Part shown: positions 44,046 through 53,078 of the stretch, piece by piece
Numbering within the stretch: position 1 is the first letter of the stretch
Layout: each line of letters opens with the position of its first letter
Origin: Lachnospiraceae bacterium
GTDB lineage: Bacteria > Bacillota > Clostridia > Lachnospirales > Lachnospiraceae
Assembly: GCA_017552985.1 (NCBI GenBank)
Contig: JAFZNO010000060.1
Span: 6,980 to 70,979 of the forward strand
Length of the DNA stretch: 64,000 nt
Direction: 5' to 3'
Position numbers and translations under genes: made by a program
The notes under the pieces: model-generated
What the model was told of the DNA's origin: nothing
The model's input: only the letters and a program-made list of their open reading frames with translations
The model's database searches: none

Positions 44046-44791
44046 AAAACATGATCAGAGCCTCTTTCTATAAGCTGTTTCACGACAAGGCGACGTGGAT
44101 CAGCCTTGCCGGAACTGCGGCGTGGTCGCTTTTTGTCAGTGTGATGCTGACTTGGATCGCTGACGGAAAGCTCAACGCGTCGGACGCCATGGTCGCAGAG
44201 AAATACTGGAGAGATTTTATGGGTTACCATGCCGTGATGGTACCGCTCCTGGTAAGCTCCATCGTGCTGTTTACCTCGGAGTTTAAGGATAAATCCTGGA
44301 AGTTATTCGTGGCTAAGGGAATCTCCAGGGCAGGCTATTACTTTTCCAAGTTGCCCTGCATTTTAACGCTTGCCGTAATGCTTAGCTTTGTTGCCATTAC
44401 AATTGGCGCGGCCTATGGCGTGGCCGTGTTGGGAATGCAGTTTAACGCGATACTTGCAGTTCTTTTGATAAGATATTTTATGCTGCAGTCGGTCGCTCAC
44501 GGCACCGCTGCAGTTTTGATCCTGACGATCTATTTTTTGATAAAGGTCAGCGAAGTGTCATCCTCGATCAATACGGTTCTTTTGATGTTTGGGACCATGG
44601 CACTTTCCAAAATCGAGACGGCCCTGTCGCTTGGCGACGCGCTGACGGGCGTTTGGGCCTTTGCACAGCCTTTGCGCGTAAGCTTTGCAGGCGCGGATGA
44701 TTGGATCTGGATTTTGATCGTTTTTGCGGCGTATCTGGCGGCATGCAGCCTTGCAGTGATCCTGTTTGGCGTGCGCGGCGACGTAGAATAA
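44042..44791 (+). CDS. ABC-2 type permease (second subunit)
   Basis: ATGA overlap with the ATPase. MIRASFYKLFHDKA parallels MRASFYKMFRDKA of 42274. Confidence 0.7.
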   Translation: MKNMIRASFYKLFHDKATWISLAGTAAWSLFVSVMLTWIADGKLNASDAMVAEKYWRDFMGYHAVMVPLLVSSIVLFTSEFKDKSWKLFVAKGISRAGYYFSKLPCILTLAVMLSFVAITIGAAYGVAVLGMQFNAILAVLLIRYFMLQSVAHGTAAVLILTIYFLIKVSEVSSSINTVLLMFGTMALSKIETALSLGDALTGVWAFAQPLRVSFAGADDWIWILIVFAAYLAACSLAVILFGVRGDVE

Positions 44792-44812
44792 AAGACTTAA
44801 GGAGGGAAGGAC

Positions 44813-45724
44813 GTGAGCTTAGGGACGGGAATCATAATTGCAATTCTGGGGCTCCTTTGCCTCCTTCTGGTTTGTTGCCTGATCTTCATGCGGCGGCAGA
44901 TCATCAGACTCCGGCAGTTTGTGGAAACCTTGCAGGAGGGCGATACGTCGATCATGGTGCCGGTTGATTTTCAGACGCCGGAGATCGGAAAACTGGTGGA
45001 TGAGATCAATCTTCTCGTGGATAAGTACCGAAAGAGCATCGCGGAGCTAAAGCACAAGGATGAGACCATCAAGGAGACCATCACGAATCTTGCCCATGAC
45101 GTGAGAACGCCGCTGACTTCCATTGAAGGATATGCGAAGATCTTGAAGAATTCAGGCAATCTTTCAAAGGGGGACTTGGAGGCGGTTGAAACCATATTGG
45201 AGCGGTCCGACACGTTGAAGCGCCTCTTGAACCAGCTCTTTGACTTCGCAAGGCTCGAGTCGGATTCCTTTGAATATCACGAAGTTCCGCTGGACCTAAA
45301 TGCAATTCTCCGGAAGACGGCGGTTTCGTTTTATTCGAATTTTGAGGCCAAGGGAGAAGAGCCTGAGATTCAGATCGCGGAGGAGGAATTCCGGTGCGTG
45401 GCCGATCCGGATGCCGTGACGAGAATCTTCTCCAACATTATCTTCAATGCATTGGTGCATGGGAAAACGAACTATTCCATAGCCTCCTGGCAAGAGCCGG
45501 AGGCTTATGCCTTTTGTTTCCGGAATGATGCGGGAGACATTGCCCCGGAGGATTTGGACAGGCTGTTTGACCGGTTCTTTACAACGGACAAGTCGCGCTC
45601 CAAAAAGACGACGGGGCTGGGACTTGCCATTGCGAAAAAGATCGTGACGCACATGGGCGGCGAGATCAAGGCAGAACTAAAAGACGGATTGTTTGGCATT
45701 GCCATCCGGATTCCGAAGGGGTGA
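44813..45724 (+). CDS. sensor histidine kinase with a minimal (intramembrane-type) sensor
   Basis: A single N-terminal hydrophobic segment, H-box HDVRTPLTSIEG, G-box GLGLAI. GTG start after AAGGAGGG. Confidence 0.85.
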   Translation: MSLGTGIIIAILGLLCLLLVCCLIFMRRQIIRLRQFVETLQEGDTSIMVPVDFQTPEIGKLVDEINLLVDKYRKSIAELKHKDETIKETITNLAHDVRTPLTSIEGYAKILKNSGNLSKGDLEAVETILERSDTLKRLLNQLFDFARLESDSFEYHEVPLDLNAILRKTAVSFYSNFEAKGEEPEIQIAEEEFRCVADPDAVTRIFSNIIFNALVHGKTNYSIASWQEPEAYAFCFRNDAGDIAPEDLDRLFDRFFTTDKSRSKKTTGLGLAIAKKIVTHMGGEIKAELKDGLFGIAIRIPKG

Positions 45725-45728
45725 GGAC

Positions 45729-45914
45729 ATGTGGAGGATCAAACATATTTTTGACGGTGATTTTGGATGTGAAGAACGGGCGCCGGGGCAGGAAGACCTT
45801 GTCTCGGTGACGATCGTAAGTGACGGCGGAGAAGAAAAGTACGTGACGGTTGCGGACGCGTGGCTTCGGGAGCGGGGACTTGACGTGGGAAGCGCGTGGC
45901 CGGAGGAAACGTAA
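45729..45914 (+). CDS. small hypothetical protein (61 aa)
   Basis: ATG 4 nt after the kinase stop, preceded by GGGTGAGGA. Confidence 0.45.
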   Translation: MWRIKHIFDGDFGCEERAPGQEDLVSVTIVSDGGEEKYVTVADAWLRERGLDVGSAWPEET

Positions 45915-45947
45915 AACAAGAGGGGATTTCAAAAAAGGAGGCAGGGT

Positions 45948-46640
45948 ATGGCAGAGGTAATTCAGATCAATGAAAACACTTGGCGCGTGGAAGACGGGAT
46001 GGTACGATTCTTTGTGCTGGAGGGCACGGAAAAGGCACTGATGATCGACAGTGGCATGACTACGCCGGATGCGATCGAGATCGCAAAAACGGTCACGAAG
46101 AAGCCGCTTGAGCTTATGAACACGCACGCGGACAGGGATCACGTATCAGGAAACGGTGCGTTTGAATGGTGTTACGCGAGTCCTGCGGAGGAGGCAAACT
46201 ATCGCGTGGCAGGCGGCAAGGGAGAGATCCGGCCGATTAAGGACGGCGACGTGATCGATCTGGGCGGGCGTCCCTTAGAGATCATTGACATTCCGGGGCA
46301 CACGCCGGGAAGCGTTGCGATCCTTGACGTCAATGCAAGAGTGCTGATCTCCGGCGATTCCGTGCAGGCTGGAACGATCTTCATGTTTGGAGAGAAGCGC
46401 AGTTTTACGGATTATATTGCCAGCATGAAAAAACTCCTTGGTTACGTGGAGCGTTTTGACGTGGTATATCCCTCTCACGGCACGTTTCCGGTGGAGCCTT
46501 CTTTGATCAGTCAGCTGATTGGCGGCGCGGAGGAAATCGTTGCGGGGAAGGCACAGGGCAAGCCCGTTGACATGTTTGGGAACAAGGTTACGCTGTACCA
46601 GTTCCCCTATGCGGGCTTTTTTGGCGAGTTGCGCCAGTAA
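45948..46640 (+). CDS. MBL-fold metallo-hydrolase
   Basis: NTHADRDHVSGN motif. RBS AAGGAGG. Confidence 0.85.
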   Translation: MAEVIQINENTWRVEDGMVRFFVLEGTEKALMIDSGMTTPDAIEIAKTVTKKPLELMNTHADRDHVSGNGAFEWCYASPAEEANYRVAGGKGEIRPIKDGDVIDLGGRPLEIIDIPGHTPGSVAILDVNARVLISGDSVQAGTIFMFGEKRSFTDYIASMKKLLGYVERFDVVYPSHGTFPVEPSLISQLIGGAEEIVAGKAQGKPVDMFGNKVTLYQFPYAGFFGELRQ

Positions 46641-46661
46641 TGACAAAGGTGGTATAATGGC

Positions 46662-46913
46662 ATGAATGAAAAAGACATCGATGAACTGATCAAAATGATC
46701 GACGGTAAGATGGAAGACGGCGTCGGCAGACTTAAAGTGAACTTTACGGAATCCCAGGAAGCAGGCGTGGTTAAGGAGCAGCATCATCTGGGACGCTGCG
46801 ACGTGGGCAGCCCTTGGGCGAAGGGAACCGTGACGAATTGTGACGCCATCGATTTTAATCCATTAGGCGAGGAGGGCCGCGTTAAGCGGGTGAAAAGTGA
46901 TGGCGAAGAATAA
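46662..46913 (+). CDS. small hypothetical protein (83 aa)
   Basis: ORF only; no family recognised. Confidence 0.45.
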   Translation: MNEKDIDELIKMIDGKMEDGVGRLKVNFTESQEAGVVKEQHHLGRCDVGSPWAKGTVTNCDAIDFNPLGEEGRVKRVKSDGEE

Positions 46914-47565
46914 AGGGCAAAAGGAACAAACGACGCAAACGGAAGAAAGAAAGCTGACAAAGGCTGAGCAAAGAAGATTGGAAGCATTTAAGAAACTGGA
47001 AGAAGAAATGCTCCAAAATGGTTATGAAAAGAAAGACTTAACGACGACGGCATTAAAGGCCAATACGCTTGGATGCCTGTACGGAGCAATTCTGGCACTG
47101 ATTGTTTTCTTGATTGGCTTCGCGTTTGGAGCCAGGTTGGAAGGTGACGGGGAAAATCCGTGGAACATGTTGTTGGTAGTGCTTTTTGCGGTTTTGATCG
47201 TTGTGCATGAATTGATCCATGGCATTACGTGGGGATTGTTTGCAAAAGGCGGTTTTAAGAAGAACATAGAATTTGGATTTATTGTTCAATATATGACACC
47301 GTACTGTACATGTAAGGCGGCTCTGAAAAAGTGGGCTTACGTAATCGGCAGTCTGATGCCGTGCATCGTGCTGGGAATAGGCGTTTGCGTTTTGGCGTTC
47401 TTTTTGCATCATGGTCCAACCTTTATTCTTGGCGCGCTCATGATCGTGTCGGCGGGCGGGGATCTGCTGGTAACGCAGATGATTTTGATGCATAAAACAA
47501 AGGCGAAGGAAGTACTATATTTGGATCATCCTACGGACATAGGACTGGTCACTTTTGAAAAATAA
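46900..47565 (+). CDS. DUF3267-like membrane protein (putative zincin peptidase)
   Basis: HELIHGITW HExxH within a multi-TM protein. Confidence 0.65.
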   Translation: MAKNKGQKEQTTQTEERKLTKAEQRRLEAFKKLEEEMLQNGYEKKDLTTTALKANTLGCLYGAILALIVFLIGFAFGARLEGDGENPWNMLLVVLFAVLIVVHELIHGITWGLFAKGGFKKNIEFGFIVQYMTPYCTCKAALKKWAYVIGSLMPCIVLGIGVCVLAFFLHHGPTFILGALMIVSAGGDLLVTQMILMHKTKAKEVLYLDHPTDIGLVTFEK

Positions 47566-47575
47566 TACATAGAAA

Positions 47576-47603
47576 ACGTGCCGCAGGGCACGCTAGTGAC
47601 ACG
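47576..47603 (-). repeat. 28-nt repeat, copy 2 (inverted)
   Basis: ACGTGCCGCAGGGCACGCTAGTGACACG is the reverse complement of copy 1 with one mismatch. Confidence 0.8.
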
Positions 47604-47622
47604 GATGAAGGAGAAGTAGGAG

Positions 47623-49572
47623 ATGACGGATTTTATTGCAAGAATTGCGTTGACGCAGCAGTTTTCGAAGGATCATGAGGGAGACCTGGGAGGCTTCGCG
47701 GCGAAAGTGATGGAGTATTTTCCGGAAGAGGCGGAGGCCGTTTTGGAGATCGGCCGGTTTACCTATGCCTGTTACTTGTTGAAGGCAGAGACGAAATCAG
47801 AGTGCCGGTGGTTTTTGGAACAGGCGTGGGAGAAGGCCTTTCCTGGAGAGCCCTTTGCGGAAATCCAGATTTCTGAGATCGGTGACGTCGAGACGGATGG
47901 CAAGTCGAAGTATACAAAGGGCATTTATACGAATTTTTACGGAATGGACGACTTCGTACGGCGCATTACGGAGCTGTTGGAGAGGCTGCCGTATATAAGA
48001 GAGCTGGGAGCAGAGGACGTCATAAAGAAGCAAAATTATCTTTGTGCCATTGATTCCGGCTGCGGTTTCTCGACGCTGATCTCGGGGCTTTCGACGGTTC
48101 TGATCGCGCACGAAGTATTTCCGAAGCCTGAGGATGGCACGGATTACGCGTATGCAGAGTTTGTGATGGGGGCGGAGGAGAAGAACGGACATTTTGACGA
48201 GGACTCAGCGATCGACCTTTTGAGGGATGAAGATAATAAGAAGAACCTGCACGTGATCGGCATTGATATCTCTTATTTCCTGGAGGGGAATAAGACGGAT
48301 GAACTCCGGAGATTTGTGAGACGCCTTGAGGACTTGCAGAGGGATTACGTTTTTGTCTTCCGCATTCCGTTTTTGGAGAAGAAGGCCTTTGACGAGATCA
48401 GGACCGTGCTTTCTGACATGATGCTCCTTGAGACGATCCAGATCCCGCCCTATTCCGATCTGTGCCTGATGGAATTTTTGTGGGAGAATCTGAATAAGGC
48501 AAAGCTTATGCCTGACGTTGCCATCAATGAAATGGCGATCGAAAAGATCCATCAGGAAAAGATGGACGGACGGTTTTACGGTTATAAGAGCGTGGAGAAG
48601 ATCGCCAATGAGATCATCCTGCGGAAGATTGCTGACAATGCAAGGAAAAAGGCGGAAGGCGCGGAGGTGGATCCCTTCACCTTGAATCCAGAAGACATAG
48701 CCGGTCTTGTCCATGAGGAAAGAGGAAAAGCAACGGGTTACGCGGCTCTTGCGGAACTGATCGGCATGGAAGACATCACCGTCCGCATCAGGGAGATCAT
48801 TGCGCAGATCAAGGTTGCCATGGCAAACGAAAAGCTGGATCGCCCCAGCATTCACATGCGTTTTACGGGAGCTCCCGGAACGGGAAAAACCACCGTGGCA
48901 AGGATCATTGGACAGATCATGAGAGAAGAGGGAATTCTCCGGAAGGGCGCGTTCTTTGAGTACAGCGGAAGAGACTTGGTGGCGGAATACGTGGGACAGA
49001 CGGCGGTAAAGACGTCGACGATCTGCCGGGACTCTTACGGTTCCGTACTTTTCATCGACGAAGCATACTCTCTTTATACGGAGGATCATTCCAACAATGA
49101 TTTCGGAAAGGAAGCGATCACGACGCTGATCTCCGAGATGGAGAATCACAGGGATGACATGTTAGTAGTCATGGCAGGTTACACGGATGAGATGGAGACG
49201 CTGATGAAGGCGAACCCCGGCATCCGAAGCAGAATGCCCGTGATCCTGCATTTCCCGAATTACAGCAAAAAGCAACTGTTTGACATCTTTATGCTAATGG
49301 TGAGAAAGCATTTCGCCTTTGATCCCGGGCTTGAGGAAGAGTCGCACAAGTACTTTATGGCGCTCTCGGATAAGTATCTGGAGTCCAAGGAATTTGCGAA
49401 TGCAAGATTCGTGAGAAATCTGTATGAGAGAACTTGGTCGAAGGCAGCACTTAGATGTAGTCTTGCAGGCGTAAGCAACATTGTACTGACGAGGGAAGAT
49501 TTCATTGCCGCCAGCGGCGAAAAGGAATTTAACGAGAAAATAGAAGTGCAGAAGGTTGTGGGATTTAAGTAA
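47623..49572 (+). CDS. AAA+ ATPase of the CbxX/SpoVK type with a ~400-aa unknown N-terminal region
   Basis: Walker A GAPGTGKTT, Walker B VLFIDEAYSL, MAGYTDEM. Confidence 0.8.
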   Translation: MTDFIARIALTQQFSKDHEGDLGGFAAKVMEYFPEEAEAVLEIGRFTYACYLLKAETKSECRWFLEQAWEKAFPGEPFAEIQISEIGDVETDGKSKYTKGIYTNFYGMDDFVRRITELLERLPYIRELGAEDVIKKQNYLCAIDSGCGFSTLISGLSTVLIAHEVFPKPEDGTDYAYAEFVMGAEEKNGHFDEDSAIDLLRDEDNKKNLHVIGIDISYFLEGNKTDELRRFVRRLEDLQRDYVFVFRIPFLEKKAFDEIRTVLSDMMLLETIQIPPYSDLCLMEFLWENLNKAKLMPDVAINEMAIEKIHQEKMDGRFYGYKSVEKIANEIILRKIADNARKKAEGAEVDPFTLNPEDIAGLVHEERGKATGYAALAELIGMEDITVRIREIIAQIKVAMANEKLDRPSIHMRFTGAPGTGKTTVARIIGQIMREEGILRKGAFFEYSGRDLVAEYVGQTAVKTSTICRDSYGSVLFIDEAYSLYTEDHSNNDFGKEAITTLISEMENHRDDMLVVMAGYTDEMETLMKANPGIRSRMPVILHFPNYSKKQLFDIFMLMVRKHFAFDPGLEEESHKYFMALSDKYLESKEFANARFVRNLYERTWSKAALRCSLAGVSNIVLTREDFIAASGEKEFNEKIEVQKVVGFK

Positions 49573-49582
49573 AGAATAAGAT

Positions 49583-49627
49583 GGGGCAGAGCCGGATCAG
49601 GGGATCCAACTCTGCCCTCTTTTTTTA
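49583..49627 (+). terminator. rho-independent terminator
   Basis: GGGCAGAG...CTCTGCCC stem followed by TCTTTTTTT. Overlaps the stop of the convergent CPBP gene. Confidence 0.75.
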
Positions 49628-50482
49628 CATTACTATGGTCGATACTTCAATCTTTGCAGGATTCTCTTTTTCTGCCTTACATGCCTTGGTCATAAAGAAG
49701 ATGCAGCCTGCGAGGCCAAGAACGCCAACGATCATCAGGGTGATTGCAACGGCGTTGGACTCGATGGTGAAGAGCTTATAATTTACGATAACGGCATAGC
49801 TGTTGATCAATACGTGCATCATGATGGTGGGCAGGATGGATCCGGTTTTGATCCGGACGTAGCTAAGAAGCAGGCCTACGGTGAAGGCGAAGAGGATCCA
49901 AATGATCTGTCCGTGCATGAGACCAAAGAGTACGGAGGTGATCAAGGCTACGACAACGTTAGGCATAACTTTCTGGAGCCTGGAAAAGAGCACGCCGCGG
50001 AAGATCACTTCCTCCAAAACGGGAACCAAGAAGGCATTGGTCAGGAATGCCTGCCACAAGGAGTATGCATAAAGATTCTGGGATGCTTCCGTGAATTCCT
50101 CCACGCTCTCGCTGGGAAGGAAACCCATGCTCATGTTTACGGTGAAGATCACGAAGAGTGCACCGAGTGCGGCGGCAAGGGATTTTGCGGCGGGTATCTT
50201 CTTGAGATCCAATTCTTTGGCAACGTTCTTCCTGCGGATCGCAAAGAAAGCGATCAGGAAGACCAAGGTAAAGATGGCGCGTACCGCAAGGTCGATCCAC
50301 ATGCGGCTTGCGTAAAAGTTATTGGCGTATGCAATGGTTTCTTCCTGCGTTAACTGTAGACCTGCGGCCTTGATCTCAGCGCCCGCCTGCATGCCGATCA
50401 AGAATTGAACCAGGAAGCCAACGACTAACTGGCCAAAGAGATAGAGAATAAAATAACAGATAGCTTTTCCAATTTGTTTCAT
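49625..50482 (-). CDS. CPBP-family intramembrane glutamic endopeptidase
   Basis: EEVIFRGVLF and FGLMHG motifs in a multi-TM protein. Confidence 0.85.
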   Translation of the reverse strand: MKQIGKAICYFILYLFGQLVVGFLVQFLIGMQAGAEIKAAGLQLTQEETIAYANNFYASRMWIDLAVRAIFTLVFLIAFFAIRRKNVAKELDLKKIPAAKSLAAALGALFVIFTVNMSMGFLPSESVEEFTEASQNLYAYSLWQAFLTNAFLVPVLEEVIFRGVLFSRLQKVMPNVVVALITSVLFGLMHGQIIWILFAFTVGLLLSYVRIKTGSILPTIMMHVLINSYAVIVNYKLFTIESNAVAITLMIVGVLGLAGCIFFMTKACKAEKENPAKIEVSTIVM

Positions 50483-50645
50483 AACGTTTTCCCCTTCTTT
50501 TTGTTGCTAAGGCAATCATTTTCTGAATGCCTTGCGTTGTTTTCTTGTTGAACCCACCATAGCGCAGGCAGGTTGTTTTCGGGGAAAAACTGTTGTAAAC
50601 GGTAAAAAACACGTCGCGAATTGTTAAATCGGGAGGAACCCCGCG

Positions 50646-51347
50646 TTAGAATGCCTCGCCCTCCACAAAGGAATACAAGGATTCCTTCAGCGATTTCAGA
50701 TTGCTTCTGCTGACGGGCAGGCTCGCGCCGTTTTCCATAATGACTTCAGACTTTACGATCTTTTTAACTTTGGCTAGGGAGATCAGGTAACCCCTGTGAA
50801 TGCGGAAGAACCCGTCATCCCGAAGTTGTTCTTCAAAATCACCCATGTTGGCGCGGACCAGGTGTTCCTCGCCGCGCAAATAGATCATGACGTACTGGTT
50901 CTGCGCCTCAAAGTATAATACGTCAGCGACGTTCAAACGAAGCTCCTCGCCCTCTGACTTGATCATGAGCTGACGTTTTGCCGTATTCTTGTCCATCACG
51001 TATTTTAATACCTCGCGAAGCTTGTCTTCACGGATTGGCTTCGTCAGATAGCGCAAGGCATTCACTTCATAACCTTCCAGCGCGTATTCCACGTGTGACG
51101 TCAGGAATACGATAAAAACGTTCTCGCTTCGCTGGCGAAGCTTCTTGGCCAGGGTGATCCCGTCCATGGAAGGCATTTCGATGTCCAAAAAGATGACGCC
51201 ATAGGGATTGGCGTCGAATCTCTCCAAAAGCTTCTTTCCTTCTGAAAACACGTCCACGATCACGTCCATGCTGTTATAAATCTTATCGATCAGGTTCCGG
51301 ATTTGTTCCTGAAAGATTTCTTCGTCATCACAAACTGCGACTCTCAT
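50646..51347 (-). CDS. LytTR-family response regulator (no adjacent kinase)
   Basis: Receiver MRVAVCDDEE...FLDIEMP and a LytTR C-terminus (FFRIHRGYLISL). RBS AAAGGAG. Confidence 0.85.
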   Translation of the reverse strand: MRVAVCDDEEIFQEQIRNLIDKIYNSMDVIVDVFSEGKKLLERFDANPYGVIFLDIEMPSMDGITLAKKLRQRSENVFIVFLTSHVEYALEGYEVNALRYLTKPIREDKLREVLKYVMDKNTAKRQLMIKSEGEELRLNVADVLYFEAQNQYVMIYLRGEEHLVRANMGDFEEQLRDDGFFRIHRGYLISLAKVKKIVKSEVIMENGASLPVSRSNLKSLKESLYSFVEGEAF

Positions 51348-51431
51348 AAAATGAACTCCTTTGTAAAACAACGTTTTGAGGCAGTACGGTCTATTTGCCC
51401 AATTATACCAAAAAACGGGGAAAAAAGAAAG

Positions 51432-51472
51432 TCACCGGTGATTTTGACGTTGGAAAGAATTTTAGGTATAAT
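51432..51472 (+). promoter_or_regulatory. near-consensus promoter with an upstream 10-bp palindrome
   Basis: TCACCGGTGA (51432-51441). TTGACG (51444-51449), 17 nt, TATAAT (51467-51472). Confidence 0.65.
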
Positions 51473-51502
51473 AAGAAAAGATTTTACGTGAGAGGCGACG
51501 CT

Positions 51503-53077
51503 ATGAAAAAGAACCGGATCATACAGATCATTTTTTCCATTATCTTTTTTTACTTTATTTTGACAGTTTTGCTTTTTGTTGCCGAGACGGTGTCGAAGGG
51601 GACGGAAAGCAGCATCACGAATCTTGGCGACGCCGCATGGTATTTGCTGGCGACGCTGACGACCGTTGGATACGGCGACGTGACGCCGGTCACCATGGCG
51701 GGAAAGACCATCGGGGCAATCATGATGGTTTCCAGTGCAGGCGTTCTGACGTTCCTGCTGGGCCTGACGTTTACGGTGCTCTTTGGGCGCCTTTTGCCCT
51801 GCTTTTTGCTCTGGTGCGTGCGTCACAGAAACTGGTACGTGTTCTCGACGCTGGATGAGAGCACGCAGATCCTGGCCAGCAGACTGGCAAAGGAAGATCC
51901 CAGGGCAGCATACGTCTTTTGCGGCAGGGAGGAGACGATCTCCCAGGAGTATTTTCCGACCATGAAGCATCACGTGATCATCGATGAGCCGACGGAGGTC
52001 GTGATCAAAAGGCAGGATCCGTCGAAACGATGCAACGTATTCTTTATGACAAAGAACGGCTGGGAGAATGACGCCCTCGGGCGTGGCCTGTTAAAGAGGG
52101 GAAAGCGCCCTGGACTTAAGGTATTCTGCGATGCGGATCACGCGCCGGATCACGTGCCTGACGGAATGGTTTTATTCCATCGCCCGGACTCCATTGCGCG
52201 AAGCTATTGGACGAGCTTTCCAGTGGAGACGAATGAGAAAGTGATCCTGCTTGTCGGTGACGGGAAGGTTGCCCGCCAGATCCTGGAGAGGGGCATTCTC
52301 ATCAACGTGCTTCCCTGGGAACAATCCCTGGAGTACCACGTGTTTGGGGATTGGACGGAATTCCAGAGGGATCATTATGAGCTTGGTAAGATTGTCGGGA
52401 TCGGCGTTAAGCCAGTGGACGAAGACGGTTTATTCTTTGAAGGGCAGGCGTGGAATGCGTCCCCTGCGCTCCTGGCAAGTGCAAGCCGCATCATTTTCTG
52501 CGCTGACGAAGAGGAGGTCAACCTCTCCCGCATGACGGAGCTACGGCGGCATTTCCCGACGAGGGCGCAGGTGGATGCATACACTTCCAAGGCGGATGAC
52601 CGCTGCAGAAACTTTGGCGGGGACGATCAGTTGCTGACGGGCGAGATCGTCATGCAGGAAAAACTGAACCGCATGGCGGTCAAGCTGAATGAGTTTTATT
52701 GTAATAAGACGGGCAGTGGTACGGGCTGGATGGAGCTTTCTGAGTTCCACAGGCAGTCGAACATCGCCGCGGCCGATCATTTGCTTACGAAGATCCGGTT
52801 GCTCCTGCCTCAGGAGAACGTTACGCAGGTGACGCCGGAGGTTTGCGCTACGGCATTCGCGAGATATTGCGAGCTTTCCGCCGAGCGGAAGGAAGCCTGC
52901 AGGTGGCTGGAGCATAAGCGCTGGATGCGATTCCACGTGATGAACAATTGGAGTTACGCGCCCGTAAGGGATAATCAGCTTCGTCATCACCCCATGCTGG
53001 TATCGTATGAGGAACTGACGGAGCAGGAACAGGCATTGGATGATTCAGCTTGGGAGATACTAGGGGAGATCAAGTAA
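51503..53077 (+). CDS. 2-TM K+ channel with Rossmann/RCK-like segments and a C-terminal RyR domain
   Basis: Selectivity filter TLTTVGYGDV. VILLVGDGKVARQILE. RyR-like WLEHKRWMRFHVMNNWSYAPVRDNQLRHHPMLVSYEELTEQEQ. Confidence 0.8.
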   Translation: MKKNRIIQIIFSIIFFYFILTVLLFVAETVSKGTESSITNLGDAAWYLLATLTTVGYGDVTPVTMAGKTIGAIMMVSSAGVLTFLLGLTFTVLFGRLLPCFLLWCVRHRNWYVFSTLDESTQILASRLAKEDPRAAYVFCGREETISQEYFPTMKHHVIIDEPTEVVIKRQDPSKRCNVFFMTKNGWENDALGRGLLKRGKRPGLKVFCDADHAPDHVPDGMVLFHRPDSIARSYWTSFPVETNEKVILLVGDGKVARQILERGILINVLPWEQSLEYHVFGDWTEFQRDHYELGKIVGIGVKPVDEDGLFFEGQAWNASPALLASASRIIFCADEEEVNLSRMTELRRHFPTRAQVDAYTSKADDRCRNFGGDDQLLTGEIVMQEKLNRMAVKLNEFYCNKTGSGTGWMELSEFHRQSNIAAADHLLTKIRLLLPQENVTQVTPEVCATAFARYCELSAERKEACRWLEHKRWMRFHVMNNWSYAPVRDNQLRHHPMLVSYEELTEQEQALDDSAWEILGEIK

Positions 53078-53078
53078 A

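Noticed and set aside
38293-47603. A composite transposon or invertible segment bounded by the 28-nt inverted repeats.
   Set aside because: No transposase, recombinase or target-site duplication is visible, so mobility is not supported. The repeats are still reported as a finding because the match itself is real.
49814-50353. 179-aa plus-strand ORF opposite the CPBP protease gene.
   Set aside because: The minus-strand product has the diagnostic CPBP motifs and multiple TM helices. The plus-strand translation is Gly/Glu/His-rich with no motif.
50376-50612. 78-aa minus-strand ORF between the LytTR and CPBP genes containing LRYGG. I considered it as a double-glycine bacteriocin precursor.
   Set aside because: It has no RBS and no LSxxELxxIxGG-type leader. 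It runs out of frame into the CPBP coding region.
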